Shown here: piece by piece, positions 1 through 14,886 of the stretch
Position numbering within the stretch: position 1 is the first letter of the stretch
How the letters are laid out: every line of letters begins with the position of its first letter
Assembly (NCBI GenBank): GCA_000934665.2
Contig: JYFJ02002786.1
Location: forward strand, 1 to 50,945
DNA: 50,945 nt
Source: Catajapyx aquilonaris
Taxonomy: Eukaryota
Direction of reading: 5' to 3'
Notes under the pieces: generated by a model
What the model was told of the DNA's origin: nothing
Database searches by the model: none
What the model saw: the letters and a program-made list of their open reading frames with translations, nothing else
Translations under genes and position numbers: made by a program

Positions 1-543
1 TTCATTATATTACAAACACAACAAATAAAACACGTTCCCACGGCAACGACGTTCCATCGCGGTCTACAAGCAGTTCCATAATCTACAGCGGCGCATTAGC
101 AAAAAAAAAAACCGTAACAATGAAGCCCTTTGCGACGACCTAAACAAACTCGCTTATGCATGGGCAGCATAATGAGGAGCGGCAAAGCAAAACCCGCAAG
201 ATCCAATGTTGGCGGGAAACGAGTTAGGCATGGCACATTGTCCATCACATAGGGTGTGATGCGGTGTTAAAAGCTGGTCGGGCAAAATGTGCTAGTTCCA
301 TAGTATATGAGCCCAAAAACTGTCGATTCAAGCAAATACCGCAAGATTCAGCATCATAGTGCAAGCAAAACCAGCAAGATCTATAGCTAGAATAGTTCGT
401 GATGGATCTTGCGTATTGTGTACTCTCTTACAATCTGACATCCGCAGTTTGGTGTTTGGACTTCATGCAAATGCAATATGCTTCATGTAACAGGTAGCCT
501 ATGCCAACATTGTATAGCCATAATTATGTCAAAGGTTACTACC

Positions 544-611
544 AAATCAATGACTTACACCTACATGGAAAAGTATTTTCATAACCTGAGCAACGCCGGG
601 TATCCTGCTAG
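544..611 (+). mobile_element. Helitron-like 3' terminus in a PI3K intron
   Basis: Short imperfect hairpin acctgagcaacgccgggt followed by CTAG (608-611) and a T; about 65 bp resemble 13937-14001. Confidence 0.55.
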
Positions 612-686
612 TAGCAAATATTTACAGTATTCTTTCACGCCATATCAATGGTCATCTGGCAAAAGAAGCAAATTTAATCATACTTA

Positions 687-4808
<4,122 letters not shown>

Positions 4809-5246
4809 CTCTGTTGCTGCTCTGAACGCTACACACTAAGGAACTAGCAGTCCTTTGCTAGCTTATCCTGCACAAGGATGATCATGATTACAGTGAGCGT
4901 AACGGATCGCTTCAACAACTATATCTTCTGCATCTCCTACATATCTAACTAGCCCACGTATGACCCAAGCATGTTTCAAGTACCCTCGAAAAGGTCATAA
5001 GCTTACATACAGTGTGTATGGGATTATCCGATCCCTCTTCCCCCTTCCAGTCCTCACGTCCTCTGTCTGGCTCGACTCCTCCTTCTCGCCCCAGGGTCTG
5101 CCCCTGGGTCCGGCCAGCAGCGGGCCCTCATCCCTAAACAGACCAGGGGCCAACACCACCCAGCAGCAGATGCGACAAGTGAATCTGTTTTTCGGACAGT
5201 TGCAATAGCGATCGTTTTGACGATTCTATCGCTCATCCCGACCATC

Positions 5247-5393
5247 TGGCAACACTGGAAATCAATTATTCACGCTTTGATTCACATGAAAATCAATTCT
5301 GCACTTATTATAATAATAGATAAATGTAATTTTTAATTGGTTTGGTTAATATTTTATCCAAGCCTGTTGCAGACAAGTTTATGTGTGACGTCA
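5247..5393. promoter_or_regulatory. Candidate PI3K promoter elements
   Basis: TGGCAACACTG at 5247-5257 and a perfect CRE palindrome TGACGTCA at 5386-5393, just upstream of a probable 5'UTR exon (minus-strand donor near 5053-5057). Confidence 0.35.
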
Positions 5394-5954
5394 TAGTTGT
5401 CGGTTTGAATTTGAAGCGGGATTTGTTGGGTTCAGACGGACGTCGTTGTGTGACACAATATGTAGAATTGCTGGCTGAAAATGCTGAAAACACTTGCATG
5501 CTTTGAGTGATGTTTCAGTTGCATCGCGTCCAAGGGTCAGTCCGTACCGGTCCGTACTCCGCACTTCAAAAATGTACTCGCCTCTATTGGATCAAAATGT
5601 GAATGAATATAATTACATGTGGATAACCATGCAATAAGAAAGTTAAATAAACTACATTTGAGTTTAGTAAGCAATTCTGCGGAAAAAGTGATTGTGTGAA
5701 AAGGTTGGATGAAATACATGAAGCCTGAATAAACTCATTTTATTATGTGTGTTTAATTCTGAATATTGCATTTATTAAACTCGCAGAAAGACGGGGGAAA
5801 AAAATATTATTACGAATATCATGATTTTTAAACGCTTCTCATTCCATACTGCACATTAACAATTGTGATCAACTTTCAAATAATTAGAACTGAATACTAA
5901 AACTAGACACAAACAAGGATTATTTCGATATCAAACAAGAAATCCTGGCATAAA

Positions 5955-7886
5955 CTAATTACTACGCCGCCTCTTTTTCGGTGGTGGTGGAATCACCGTG
6001 TTAAGAGCCTGTGCGCAGGGGATAAGCCTGTTCCTCTGCTCAGGCGGCAAGTATTTGGCTATGGCATAGTTGATCTCCAGCTCGGACTCGAACAAACCCA
6101 TTTCAGTGAAAAGCGACTTCAAATCTTCCACTTCAATAGTGTTGCCTTCCTCTCCCAGTTCTTGGTCCATTCGGTTGAAGATGAAATTCATGAACTGATT
6201 TCCGGATCGGTGGATTGCATCCAGGCATTCCAGAGGGATCTTGAACCCAGGTGAAAATTTAGCAATCAAGTCTTGGGTAAGTTTGAGTGGGAAACAGGTT
6301 GCTGGACCTGCTTTCTCCTTAGAGGCTTCTTTAGTTGCCTTTCGCTTTGGCGCCACTCTCTTAGGTGCAGGCTTCTTAGGAGAAGGAGCTTTGGGAGTAC
6401 GTGCAATCAGCGATGGGAAGTACTTCTCAAGGACCTGTTGTGTCTTGGCCTTGTTCTTCTCTACGTGGGCCTCAATGGCCGCAACAAGATCTTCTTCCAT
6501 GTCCGAGTCAGCTGTGTCATAGGTCGCAGCTTCCTCATCCTCACTCTCTGAAAAGGACACAGTGGCAGTGGCTGAATTGCGATGAACTGCTGATGCTGAA
6601 CCATCATGAACCATCGATGATGTATTTTGGGATATGGACAACTCAAGACGAAAATCACTTGTAGCCAAGGCAGGGGATTTACTCTTCTTGGATTTTTGCT
6701 TATTCTCTGTTCCCGATGCACCTTCCAAGTTGTCTGCAACATGCGAGGTGTCTTCTCCTTTGTCAGTTTCTTTCTCTGATGTTGAAATGTCATCATCATC
6801 GTCATCATCTTCAGCTACGTCTTCATCCTCTTCCACTTCATCCTCTTCATTGGCTTGACTCTTCTCAGGCTCCTGATTATTGCTCTCAGCTGCTCCTTGA
6901 GTTGTCCCTGCTTCAGATTTGTTACCAGTTTCATCTGCTTCTTCCTCATTTTCTGTCATCGTTTCTGTTACCTGTCCTGTTTCTTCTTCCTCACTTTCCA
7001 CTGTTTCTTCAGGTTCACTCATCTCTGCTTCTTCCTCTGTTTCCACTTGCTCTGCCACTTCAGCTGCAACCCCTTTGTTTTCTTTAACCACCCTCTCATT
7101 TGCTACATTCCCGTCAGCACACTCATTAGCAGATGGCAATTCATCTGCAGATTCTGATGTCGAGCTTGATAAAATTATTAGTTGCGGCTCAGTTACTTCC
7201 TGTGCCTTCTTCAATACTCGTGCTTCTTCCACTTCTTGCGATTCTTCCACTTCCTCTGACTCATCTACTCCCTGCGATTCTTCCACTTCTGCTGTCTCGT
7301 CCACTTCCGCCGATTCTTCTTCTTGTGATTCTTCCACTTCTGCTGTCTCTTCCACTTCCGCCGATTCTTCTTCTTGTGATTCTTCCACTTCTGCTGTCTC
7401 TTCCACTTCCGCTGATTCTGCTTCTTGTGATTCTTCCACTTCTGCTGTCTCTTCCACTTCTTGCCCTTCATCATCAGCTTCTTCATCAGAACTTGAAGCA
7501 GCTGAGGCGCCTCCTTCGGCTACTTCCGACACACGTTGCATGTTCTTAAATTGCTCTCGAAGGAACCCAGGTCGTTTGACCCGCCTTCCCTTCACTGGCA
7601 TCACTGTCATTGAGATGTCACTGGAACTCTCCTCACTTAGACAGAACGAAGATGGAGGGAACCGTGGGCTCACTGCTGTTTTCTTCAGCCTCTCATCGTT
7701 GGCTCCCTTTTCGTCCACATGGGCCACAGAATGGATGGTCACAGGTCTGAAGGCCCGTCGTCCACGGCGGCCGCGGGTAGCAAGGCGGGGGGTTTCAACT
7801 TTCACCATGCTCTCCGTCAGAAATGGGTGTTCATCAGCACGGGGGGACTGTGACAAGGCCCCTTCATCTGGTAAATTGGAAGCCAT
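5955..7886 (-). CDS. CENPT: CENP-T-like kinetochore protein: long acidic low-complexity region plus C-terminal histone fold
   Basis: Uninterrupted ORF from ATG at 7886 (MASNLPDEG), preceded by a tttcag acceptor at ~7899. C-terminus TIEVEDLKSLFTEMGL...KYLPPEQRNRLIPCAQALNTVIP aligns by eye to vertebrate CENP-T TVKPEDLELLMRRQGL...RHLPLEYRQLLIPCAYSGNSVFP. Ends in an NLS-like PPPKKRRR. Confidence 0.75.
   Translation of the reverse strand: MASNLPDEGALSQSPRADEHPFLTESMVKVETPRLATRGRRGRRAFRPVTIHSVAHVDEKGANDERLKKTAVSPRFPPSSFCLSEESSSDISMTVMPVKGRRVKRPGFLREQFKNMQRVSEVAEGGASAASSSDEEADDEGQEVEETAEVEESQEAESAEVEETAEVEESQEEESAEVEETAEVEESQEEESAEVDETAEVEESQGVDESEEVEESQEVEEARVLKKAQEVTEPQLIILSSSTSESADELPSANECADGNVANERVVKENKGVAAEVAEQVETEEEAEMSEPEETVESEEEETGQVTETMTENEEEADETGNKSEAGTTQGAAESNNQEPEKSQANEEDEVEEDEDVAEDDDDDDDISTSEKETDKGEDTSHVADNLEGASGTENKQKSKKSKSPALATSDFRLELSISQNTSSMVHDGSASAVHRNSATATVSFSESEDEEAATYDTADSDMEEDLVAAIEAHVEKNKAKTQQVLEKYFPSLIARTPKAPSPKKPAPKRVAPKRKATKEASKEKAGPATCFPLKLTQDLIAKFSPGFKIPLECLDAIHRSGNQFMNFIFNRMDQELGEEGNTIEVEDLKSLFTEMGLFESELEINYAIAKYLPPEQRNRLIPCAQALNTVIPPPPKKRRRSN
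7225..7460 (-). repeat. Coding minisatellite, 51-bp unit (EVEETAEVEESQEEESA), about 4 copies
   Basis: Repeated ttccacttctgctgtctcttccacttccgccgattcttcttcttgtgattc units inside the CENP-T-like ORF. Confidence 0.9.
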
Positions 7887-8126
7887 CTTCAAGGCTCGCT
7901 GAAACATAAGAAAGTCCCAAATCAAGCAGGGGTCATTTTCTCATGCTATGAATTTATTGAGTCCTCAATCCAGATGCATAATCCATGGCGAATTTTATTC
8001 CGGTTAACTTGAGATATGAAACCAACTGTTTTGTTGCTACATTTCAGTATAGTTATTAATACTGTATGCTTCTACAGCACTGATCAAAAGCAAATGAAGC
8101 GGCATGCCATGTACTACATTCATTAA

Positions 8127-9396
8127 CCTCTTTGCTACCAGCCAGGCCAAAAACGCCTAGATTTTCACTTACACGTACTTTGAAGATACGGAAAAGATAT
8201 TTTGCAAATATTAACAACTGTACTCACCCATTCATGCAAAACACTATGAATGTGTTTGGAACAATTTTCCCCATCCAGAAGTCCATAAATTAATTTCAAA
8301 AATATCGCCGTCAAAACTCAAAATTCAAGTACTGCCAGCCAATTGTTAGACTGCTTTAATTATGAAATATTATAATTATTATAATTATTTTATTTGATAC
8401 CCTGTAGTACTGGAGCCTTTTGGCTACATGAGGGGGGCTGAATACAATTATTTCTTACGAATTTTCTTTCGCATGTTTCTCTCCAGTGCAGGGATGAGGA
8501 TAGAGATTTGTGAGGAGGGTACACTGGTGCAAGTGTGTTGTCTTTATGTTGGGGGTCAGGTTGCAAGACAACCCCCTAGGTCCTATTATTTATAGAATCA
8601 ACCCCAGAATTTTCCTGGAAGGACCGTGGGAAACCACAGAAAACCACGGTCAGGATCGCCGGCCGCGGGACTCGAACCCAGGACCTCCCGATTAGCAGTT
8701 GGACGCCTTATCCACTCCACCAACCTGCTTCGGTTTTAATTATGAAATACGTTAAAATATACTGAACATCTACCTTGAGACCCCTGCCAGACGAATTTGC
8801 TAAAATCGAGAAATTAATTAGTTAAAGTTAAGTTAAGTTAATTAATTAAATTAATTAGTAACTGTGGCTTCCTAGCACTTCGGAAAACTCATTTTTTCTT
8901 TTTTGCGAAGCACAACAATGATTTGTGTAAATCATCAGGCAAGGTTCTCAATGTAAAGTTGTAAATGTTCCATATGTTTCATTGTATTTCATAATTAAAT
9001 TAGCCTAACGGTTGGCCGGTAGTGCTTGAAATTCGAGTTTTTATAGCGATCTCTTTGGAAATCAATTCCGGAAATTCTAGACAACTAAAATTGTTCCAAA
9101 CACATTCATGGCGTTTTGCAAGATTGTGTAAGTATAGCTGTTATTATCGGTATAACATATTGTCCTTACTTTCAGAATGAGGTATGTATAAAGCCAAAAT
9201 CTAGCCGATTTTGGTATGGCTACTCTACACCGTTCTTTTTGGGGGGAAAAATTCAGGAACTTCTAGACGTGGGAAATTGTTCCCAACAACAGTACAGCTA
9301 TGATTATTTGTAAAATATCTTGCTTTTATCTTCAAAGTATGTGCAAGCGAAAATCTAGGCCTTTTTTCGGGCGAGGTGTATCTGGTAGCGAACGTG
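8127..9396. mobile_element. Non-autonomous DNA transposon with long imperfect inverted arms, piggyBac-like left end
   Basis: TTAA (8123-8126) then CCTCTTTGCTACC; right end GGTAGCGAACGTG. 8134-8290 is an imperfect reverse complement of 9250-9390 (gcctagattttcacttacacgtactttgaagata vs tatcttcaaagtatgtgcaagcgaaaatctaggc); 8236-8268 also pairs with 9078-9110. No TTAA at the right end. Confidence 0.6.
8370..8734 (-). mobile_element. tRNA-derived SINE
   Basis: Minus strand has A-box-like TGGTGGAGTGG, B-box GGTTCGAGTCC, core GGTTTTCTGTGGTTTCCC and an AT-rich tail; flanked by the 15-bp direct repeat tttaattatgaaata (8355-8369, 8735-8749). Confidence 0.85.
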
Positions 9397-10000
9397 CCCC
9401 ATACAGTGCAACGCTATACCTCTCCAATACCTGTTCCAAGGCCTATTCTGCTCCACTCTGGGCACACGGGGAGCTGTGATATGTGCCTGAAATCTCAACT
9501 GGAGCCTCAGAACAAAGCCGTTCTTCTTTTTTCCAGCGCCCTTCCCGCCTGCCTCGCCAACGTCTTCCACTGGCAGGGTTGCCAGATTGTGCCAGGGCAA
9601 ATAGATGCGCAGCAGCTTATCTTTCTAAAATAGCGTGCAGCTATTTCAAGGCAGAAAACATCGAAAAAATGAAGCGCAGATTTACCCCCCAAATGGTTTG
9701 GGATTTATGAGCTTCTAGTCAGATACATGGCGGCTCGTTTATGCTGGTTCATGCATCATGCCTATGTATACTTGCAGTGAATGCGACCATCCAGTGACCA
9801 TGAATGCGACTGCTATATTAAGCTGCTTAAATGGTTAAAATTGTACAAAATAGTTTGCAGATTTGTAGATTTTGGTGTAAACTGAATGCATCATATTTTG
9901 AGCAATTTCTTAACGTCCAGAAAGTGTAATATAATCATGAATATAATCATATAATTAATGCATATTATTTGTAATTTGAAATGCGTTTCAAAATTTGGCA

Positions 10001-10192
10001 GGCAACACTGTTAGATTTCATGTAAAACTCAATTATTTAACAAAATAACCAATGCCAAAGCAAAATAAATATATTTGATGAGATAATAAATACAACCGAT
10101 ACTTATTAAACCCGTGTTCAATTATGTCAATAAAAATTGTCTTCCACAAAAAAAAGAAAATAATAATGGACGTACATTTTAAAGATGGCGGC
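10001..10192. promoter_or_regulatory. Candidate (possibly bidirectional) SMG8 / CENP-T-like promoter
   Basis: GGCAACACTG at 10001-10010 (also upstream of PI3K) and a perfect YY1/Pho-type AAGATGGCGGC at 10182-10192, about 60 bp before the SMG8 start. Confidence 0.4.
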
Positions 10193-10249
10193 AGACGAAA
10201 TCTGATCCTGAATTTGAAGCGTTTATTTTCCGCCTTTTAAAAAAGACAG

Positions 10250-13200
10250 ATGCAAATCATGAAAGTTCTGAGCCACTTCAGGTTCCAGCTGCCGCATCAA
10301 ATTCCAGCCAGGTACACTGCATGTACCCATTACAATCCACTCATAGATGGAAAAAAATGTGTATAGTCAGTCATGAAACTCAGCACATGTTCAGCTGTAA
10401 GAAAAAAAAAAGGTTCACACTGATGTCGTTCGTCTTTGTCTTTGGACGATGTTGGTTGGAATCCATCGGAAGGACAACAATTTGCCAAAATTGAAGCCTG
10501 GCATTTTCTGTAAATTCTTATTTGTATTGAGCATATGCTGTAGTGCTTGCTAATGCTAGTTACGTGGCTTAATTATAAACATGTAACTGAAGTGACCACT
10601 ATGGAATTGTCCATAAAAAATGAATTATAAATATTGTATAATTTTTTTTCCGCAGTGCTGAATCCCAACTGGTGAAAAAAGTGTGTGTGATATCCTTCTG
10701 GGGCAAGTCCGCATACTCTGACTTTGGTTGTAAAGCAGCCCGGATTGATGACCTGCTGTCGTGCCAGATATTCTGCCCAGATGTGGCGTCACGACCAGAT
10801 CCTCTCAACTTGGAAGCGCCGTTTGAGCTGAGCGGATTCTACAGCCAGTCTGAACGTTGCATTTTCCTTCACCTGCGGGGCGTGTATGACCCTTATATCC
10901 TGTCGCAACTGTGCTCTGAAGTGTGTGAACTGGATGACCACAGTTTTTTGGGCACCTGGGGACATGGACGGTATCACTACGCACGTGCTCTGCTCTTCTT
11001 GTTCTCCGTCTCACACGTACTAGTTGTGTGCAACCCTTCCCCCACATTTGACCTCACATATGTGCACTTTTTCCGTGCGCTTGAGTGTGCTCGTTTGAAG
11101 CTGCAGGGCCATGTTGGGCGACTGATTCAGGACATTCCAGGATTGCCCAAGGACTGGTCGAATCATGGGCGGTTGTGTTCACCCCGTGTTTTGTTCCTAT
11201 TCGAGAGGTGTCCAAGGCACTTGCGGTGTAGTGGAGAGGAGGAGGCTGAAAAGGCCAGGAAGGTGGTGGAGGTCAATGGAGCAGGTGGTAAAGGAGGAGG
11301 AAGGGCAACGAGTCGAAACCCACCCATCAAGAAGCTGGAGATGGCTTTGGAGGACCAGATTTACCATGTGTTGAGAAGGAGTAGGGTCATTACGAATATC
11401 AGGTTCGTTTATTACTGAATTGCCTCACTACATGAGAATCAGATGTTGACTATTCCATGATTTTTTTTGTTGGGGTAATTGTGATGTAAGATTTTATGGG
11501 TTTGTTGACAGTGCAAACTCCTTGTTTGCGATTCCGGCCAATCTGGAGTTTGTGTACATGTGCAACGACAGTCGCTGGATGACGGACCCGGCAGTCTCAC
11601 TGGTTGACGAGCTGACCAGAATATGTAGAGAAGCACGAGAAGGTGCTTCCGCTGCCTCTTTGGCTTCAGCTCTGGCTGCTGTATCCGTATCTGGTCCACA
11701 TACATTTCCGGATGTACCTAGTAAAGAAATCCCAGGTATTGTCCTGCCTTAATTTGTATCACATTACAGTGTGTAAATTATTGAGTTTAAATTGCAATAA
11801 AGTCATGTAAGAACTCCATAATCATACTCAGCTGTTCTCTCTATCCAGAGCACAGCTTCCACAAGTTCCTGCACCAGCATATACACCAAGCCATGACAAA
11901 AGGGTTTGAGGACAACGTTGGGAGACATGTGGCCCCGTCATTCTTCGAGATCCCGTCAGCAACTGCGTGGTTCCAGGCGGCTAACCGCCTTTATGAATTT
12001 TTCACCGGAAATTCCCCAGAGTCTGACTACAAGTCTAAGCAAGTCTTTAGTAACCTGAGGGCTTCCTTGGATGTGGATGTCCGCTTCAGTGAAGGAAGAA
12101 GTGCCAAAGTGCTTCCTTTAGCTTTGGCTGCTTATCAGGACAAGTTGCCCTCACATTACACACAGGCATACCACGAAACAAAGGTGTGTTAAGACTGTCG
12201 TTAGCAGGTGTGTAGCAGTTTCACGCTGAATTTTATGTCTTTTCTTGAAGCTGGGAAGAGCGATCACTGTGCTGTGCCTGCATGCCAGGGGTCCAGCTTG
12301 TGAGAGATATGTTACGCAGCTAGAGGATGAATGTGACAACATATGGCGGAATGGACGGCAGATGTGCGAGGCACTCAGCCTAAGGGGAAACCATTGCACC
12401 AACCCAGTACATCAGGTGTCACCTGACGAGGATGCCTTCGGAGATGAAGACAAGTAATCCTGCGATTTTTATTTTGCCACACAATACATGGGTTAAAATA
12501 TAAAGCCATCCTTAAAAAAATATCAGCTGCTTTGTAGCAAAAATCTGCCACAAATAGGACTTGCATGGGATGGTAGGCATTATTTCACAGGCTAATATTG
12601 TCCACTGAACCGTTTTTCTCAAGGGAGAAGAGCCTTACTGTCATGCCGCACTCAAGTGGAGTTCGATACGTGACTGTGTGCAACTGCGGACGCAAGCAAG
12701 CGACTAGAGATGACCCCTTCCTGGCCAGATCGGCCAATTATGACTTCTACAGCGCAATGGCAAAGGAATGCTGCTTCCGCCTGGAGAGCTTTTCTTTCCC
12801 TGTTTTTCAGCCGTCCATCAAAGAATACAAAGCAGCCATGCTTTCTCCCAGTGGAAGGGAGATTAAAGAAGGGGAAGGTGAAGCAAAGAAAAATGGAGCT
12901 GAAGGAAGTAATAACACCAAAAGAGGGCCTAGCCCAGGAGTGGAATTAAGTTACGGTAAGTGGCTTTGTTGACATTAGTAGAACTAACTCACTTTGTCTT
13001 TTGTCAGCTGGGCCATCTGGAGGAAACAGTGCGACTGAGGCCTCAAGGATGTCCAACCAACCAGCAGCCACCCAAGATATACAGCAGAGTGCAACAGAGC
13101 AGCAGAAAGTCGTCATTAATGTCACCGAATGCAACACTAATGAAGGAAAGGGTATGAAGAACTGGTTTTTCTCCATCAATAAAATACACAATTTCATTTT

Positions 13201-14393
13201 CAGTGTGTAATAATTTTCTTTGTTATCTTCTCACTCCAGACAAGTGGCTTGTCCGCCAACCCTCGACAACAGAGTACCTCCCTGGTATGCTCCACACAGA
13301 GTCTCCTCCAGGCCTCCTACCCCGCTTCCCATCCTGGTCACTGGTGTGTTTAGGTCCCTCCTCCCTGTATTCCCATAACTCGGGACTGCATCATGACCAG
13401 CCTGGATTCTTGCCTGGAACCTCCTACCTGCTGCCGTGGGATGTAACCATCAAGGTGGAGAAAGGCATGGCAAGAGAGTCAAAGGAGAGAGGGTGGAAGG
13501 TGTATGGGGGTGGCGGAGGATCGGGGAAGGGAGGAGGAAAGAATAAGGGACGTGGTGGAGCTGCTGCTGGAGCTGTGGCTGGAGCTGTGGCTGGAGCTGC
13601 AGGTGGGGCTGGAAGCAGTAGAGCTGATACGACAGGAGGAGGTCCAGGGGAAGTGGCGGAGATCATGGTCAAGATCTTCATAGGTGTGGAATACGAATGT
13701 CCAAGAGGACATAGGTTTATGTGCACTGGACCAGACAAGGTGTTGAGGACCACTGGTGCAGGGCTGGTTAAGGATACAGCCAACCGGGTCACTTCTAGTG
13801 ACATGCCTCTCTACTTCCCCTGTCCGTGCAGGTGAGACTTCCAGGGTATAACATCCCTCGAATGCATGCCTATATGCAGTAATTGCATCATGATTTTTTA
13901 AAAGGTTTTTTCATTGTATGCACAGTCACCTGGGTCAAATCAATGAGTTACTCTTATGGAAAAGTATTTCATTACTCGAGCAACGCCACGTATCCTTCTA
14001 GTGTTTTTTTAAGCCTTCATTATATGATTGGACAGTTTGTTCAAATTCCTGTTTTAATAAATGTTTCTCTTGGTCTTCAACAGCTCAAATCCTCGCAACA
14101 ACAAGCAGCTGACAGCACAGCTGATGCGCATTCATGTGGTGACTCCAAAGGCTCCTGTGCACGTAACAGTCAACCCTCGTGTGCAGCCTGCTCCAAACCC
14201 ATGCCCAGTCTTTGTGTGTGGGGTGCAAGAACCAATCAAGCTCACACAGAGCGCTTACTGGGTGTTACGACTCCCATATTCTTATGTCAGTGACCAAGGA
14301 CCATACCTCCCACCAAAGGAACCTTTCAATCCTGGTTTTGGACGTGTATTGAAAGGCGTGTATGGGATAGTGCCAATGTCCACTTCTGATTAA
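10250..14393 (+). CDS. SMG8: Nonsense-mediated decay factor SMG8 (multi-exon)
   Basis: Start ATG 10250 or 10259; exon 1 ends 10311 and splices in frame to 10656. Motifs: VCVISFWGKS, LLFLFSVSH, GRLCSPRVLFLF, LEDQIYHVLRRSRVITN, DVRFSEGR, HARGPA, CNCGRKQATRDDPF, STTEYLPGMLH...LLPRFPSWSL, EYECPRGHRF, SDMPLYFPC, AQLMRIHVVTPK, WVLRLPYSY; stop TAA 14391-14393. Confidence 0.95.
13937..14001 (+). mobile_element. Second, more decayed Helitron-like 3' terminus (last SMG8 intron)
   Basis: aaatcaatgagttactcttatggaaaagtatttcattactcgagcaacgccacgtatccttCTAG|T resembles 544-611. Confidence 0.5.
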
Positions 14394-14403
14394 AAACCAC
14401 TTA

Positions 14404-14562
14404 GGCCGCGTTTACATGTGCGATGTGCAGCGATGAGCCTCGCTGAGCGATGTATCCAATTGTTTGGGATGAAAGTAACAATAACGTTTTGCTGCCAAAC
14501 AATTGGATTCATAACTCAGCGAAACTCAACGCTGATAAAATCGCTCACATGTAAACACGGCC
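14404..14562. mobile_element. PIF/Harbinger (Tourist-like) fold-back MITE in the SMG8 3'UTR
   Basis: TIRs ggccgcgtttacatgtg / cacatgtaaacacggcc, TTA on both flanks (14401-14403, 14563-14565), internal arms gctgagcgatgtatccaattgtttgg / ccaaacaattggattcataactcagc. Confidence 0.8.
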
Positions 14563-14886
14563 TTAAACATTCATTGCTGTGTAGCTGTTGATAATATTAG
14601 TGTGCATTATTGTAAATTCATTTTTACCATTAAATAAAAATATCCTTTCAACCTTTGGGATGAGTTATGTCATTGATCTGATGATTTTTGGTGTCAGCTG
14701 AGGTATTTCCAGAGTTCCGGTGCATTGTCAATGTCAATGTTGATTGACTTCCATGTCTCTATAGATCACAAACTTACGTGAACTCTACCCAGCTTATTTC
14801 AGCATCAGTCACTAACATCATAATTGAAATTAATCCACTCACAGAACGAAAACATCTACATTTTATTGGCTCAGTCTTGACTAATG

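Noticed and set aside
7225..7460. Regularly spaced repeats resembling a CRISPR array
   Set aside because: Contiguous in-frame coding units with no unique spacers, in a eukaryotic gene.
6919..7902. 327-aa Ser/Thr-rich plus-strand ORF
   Set aside because: Antisense shadow of the Glu-rich repetitive CENP-T-like CDS.
8660..8734. tRNA-like sequence with A and B boxes (also 49941-50015)
   Set aside because: Heads of SINEs with TSDs and tails; no complete cloverleaf evident.
10185..10205. Short upstream ORF ATGGCGGCAGACGAAATCTGA before SMG8
   Set aside because: Coincides with a YY1-type motif and the transcription start is unknown, so a uORF cannot be supported.
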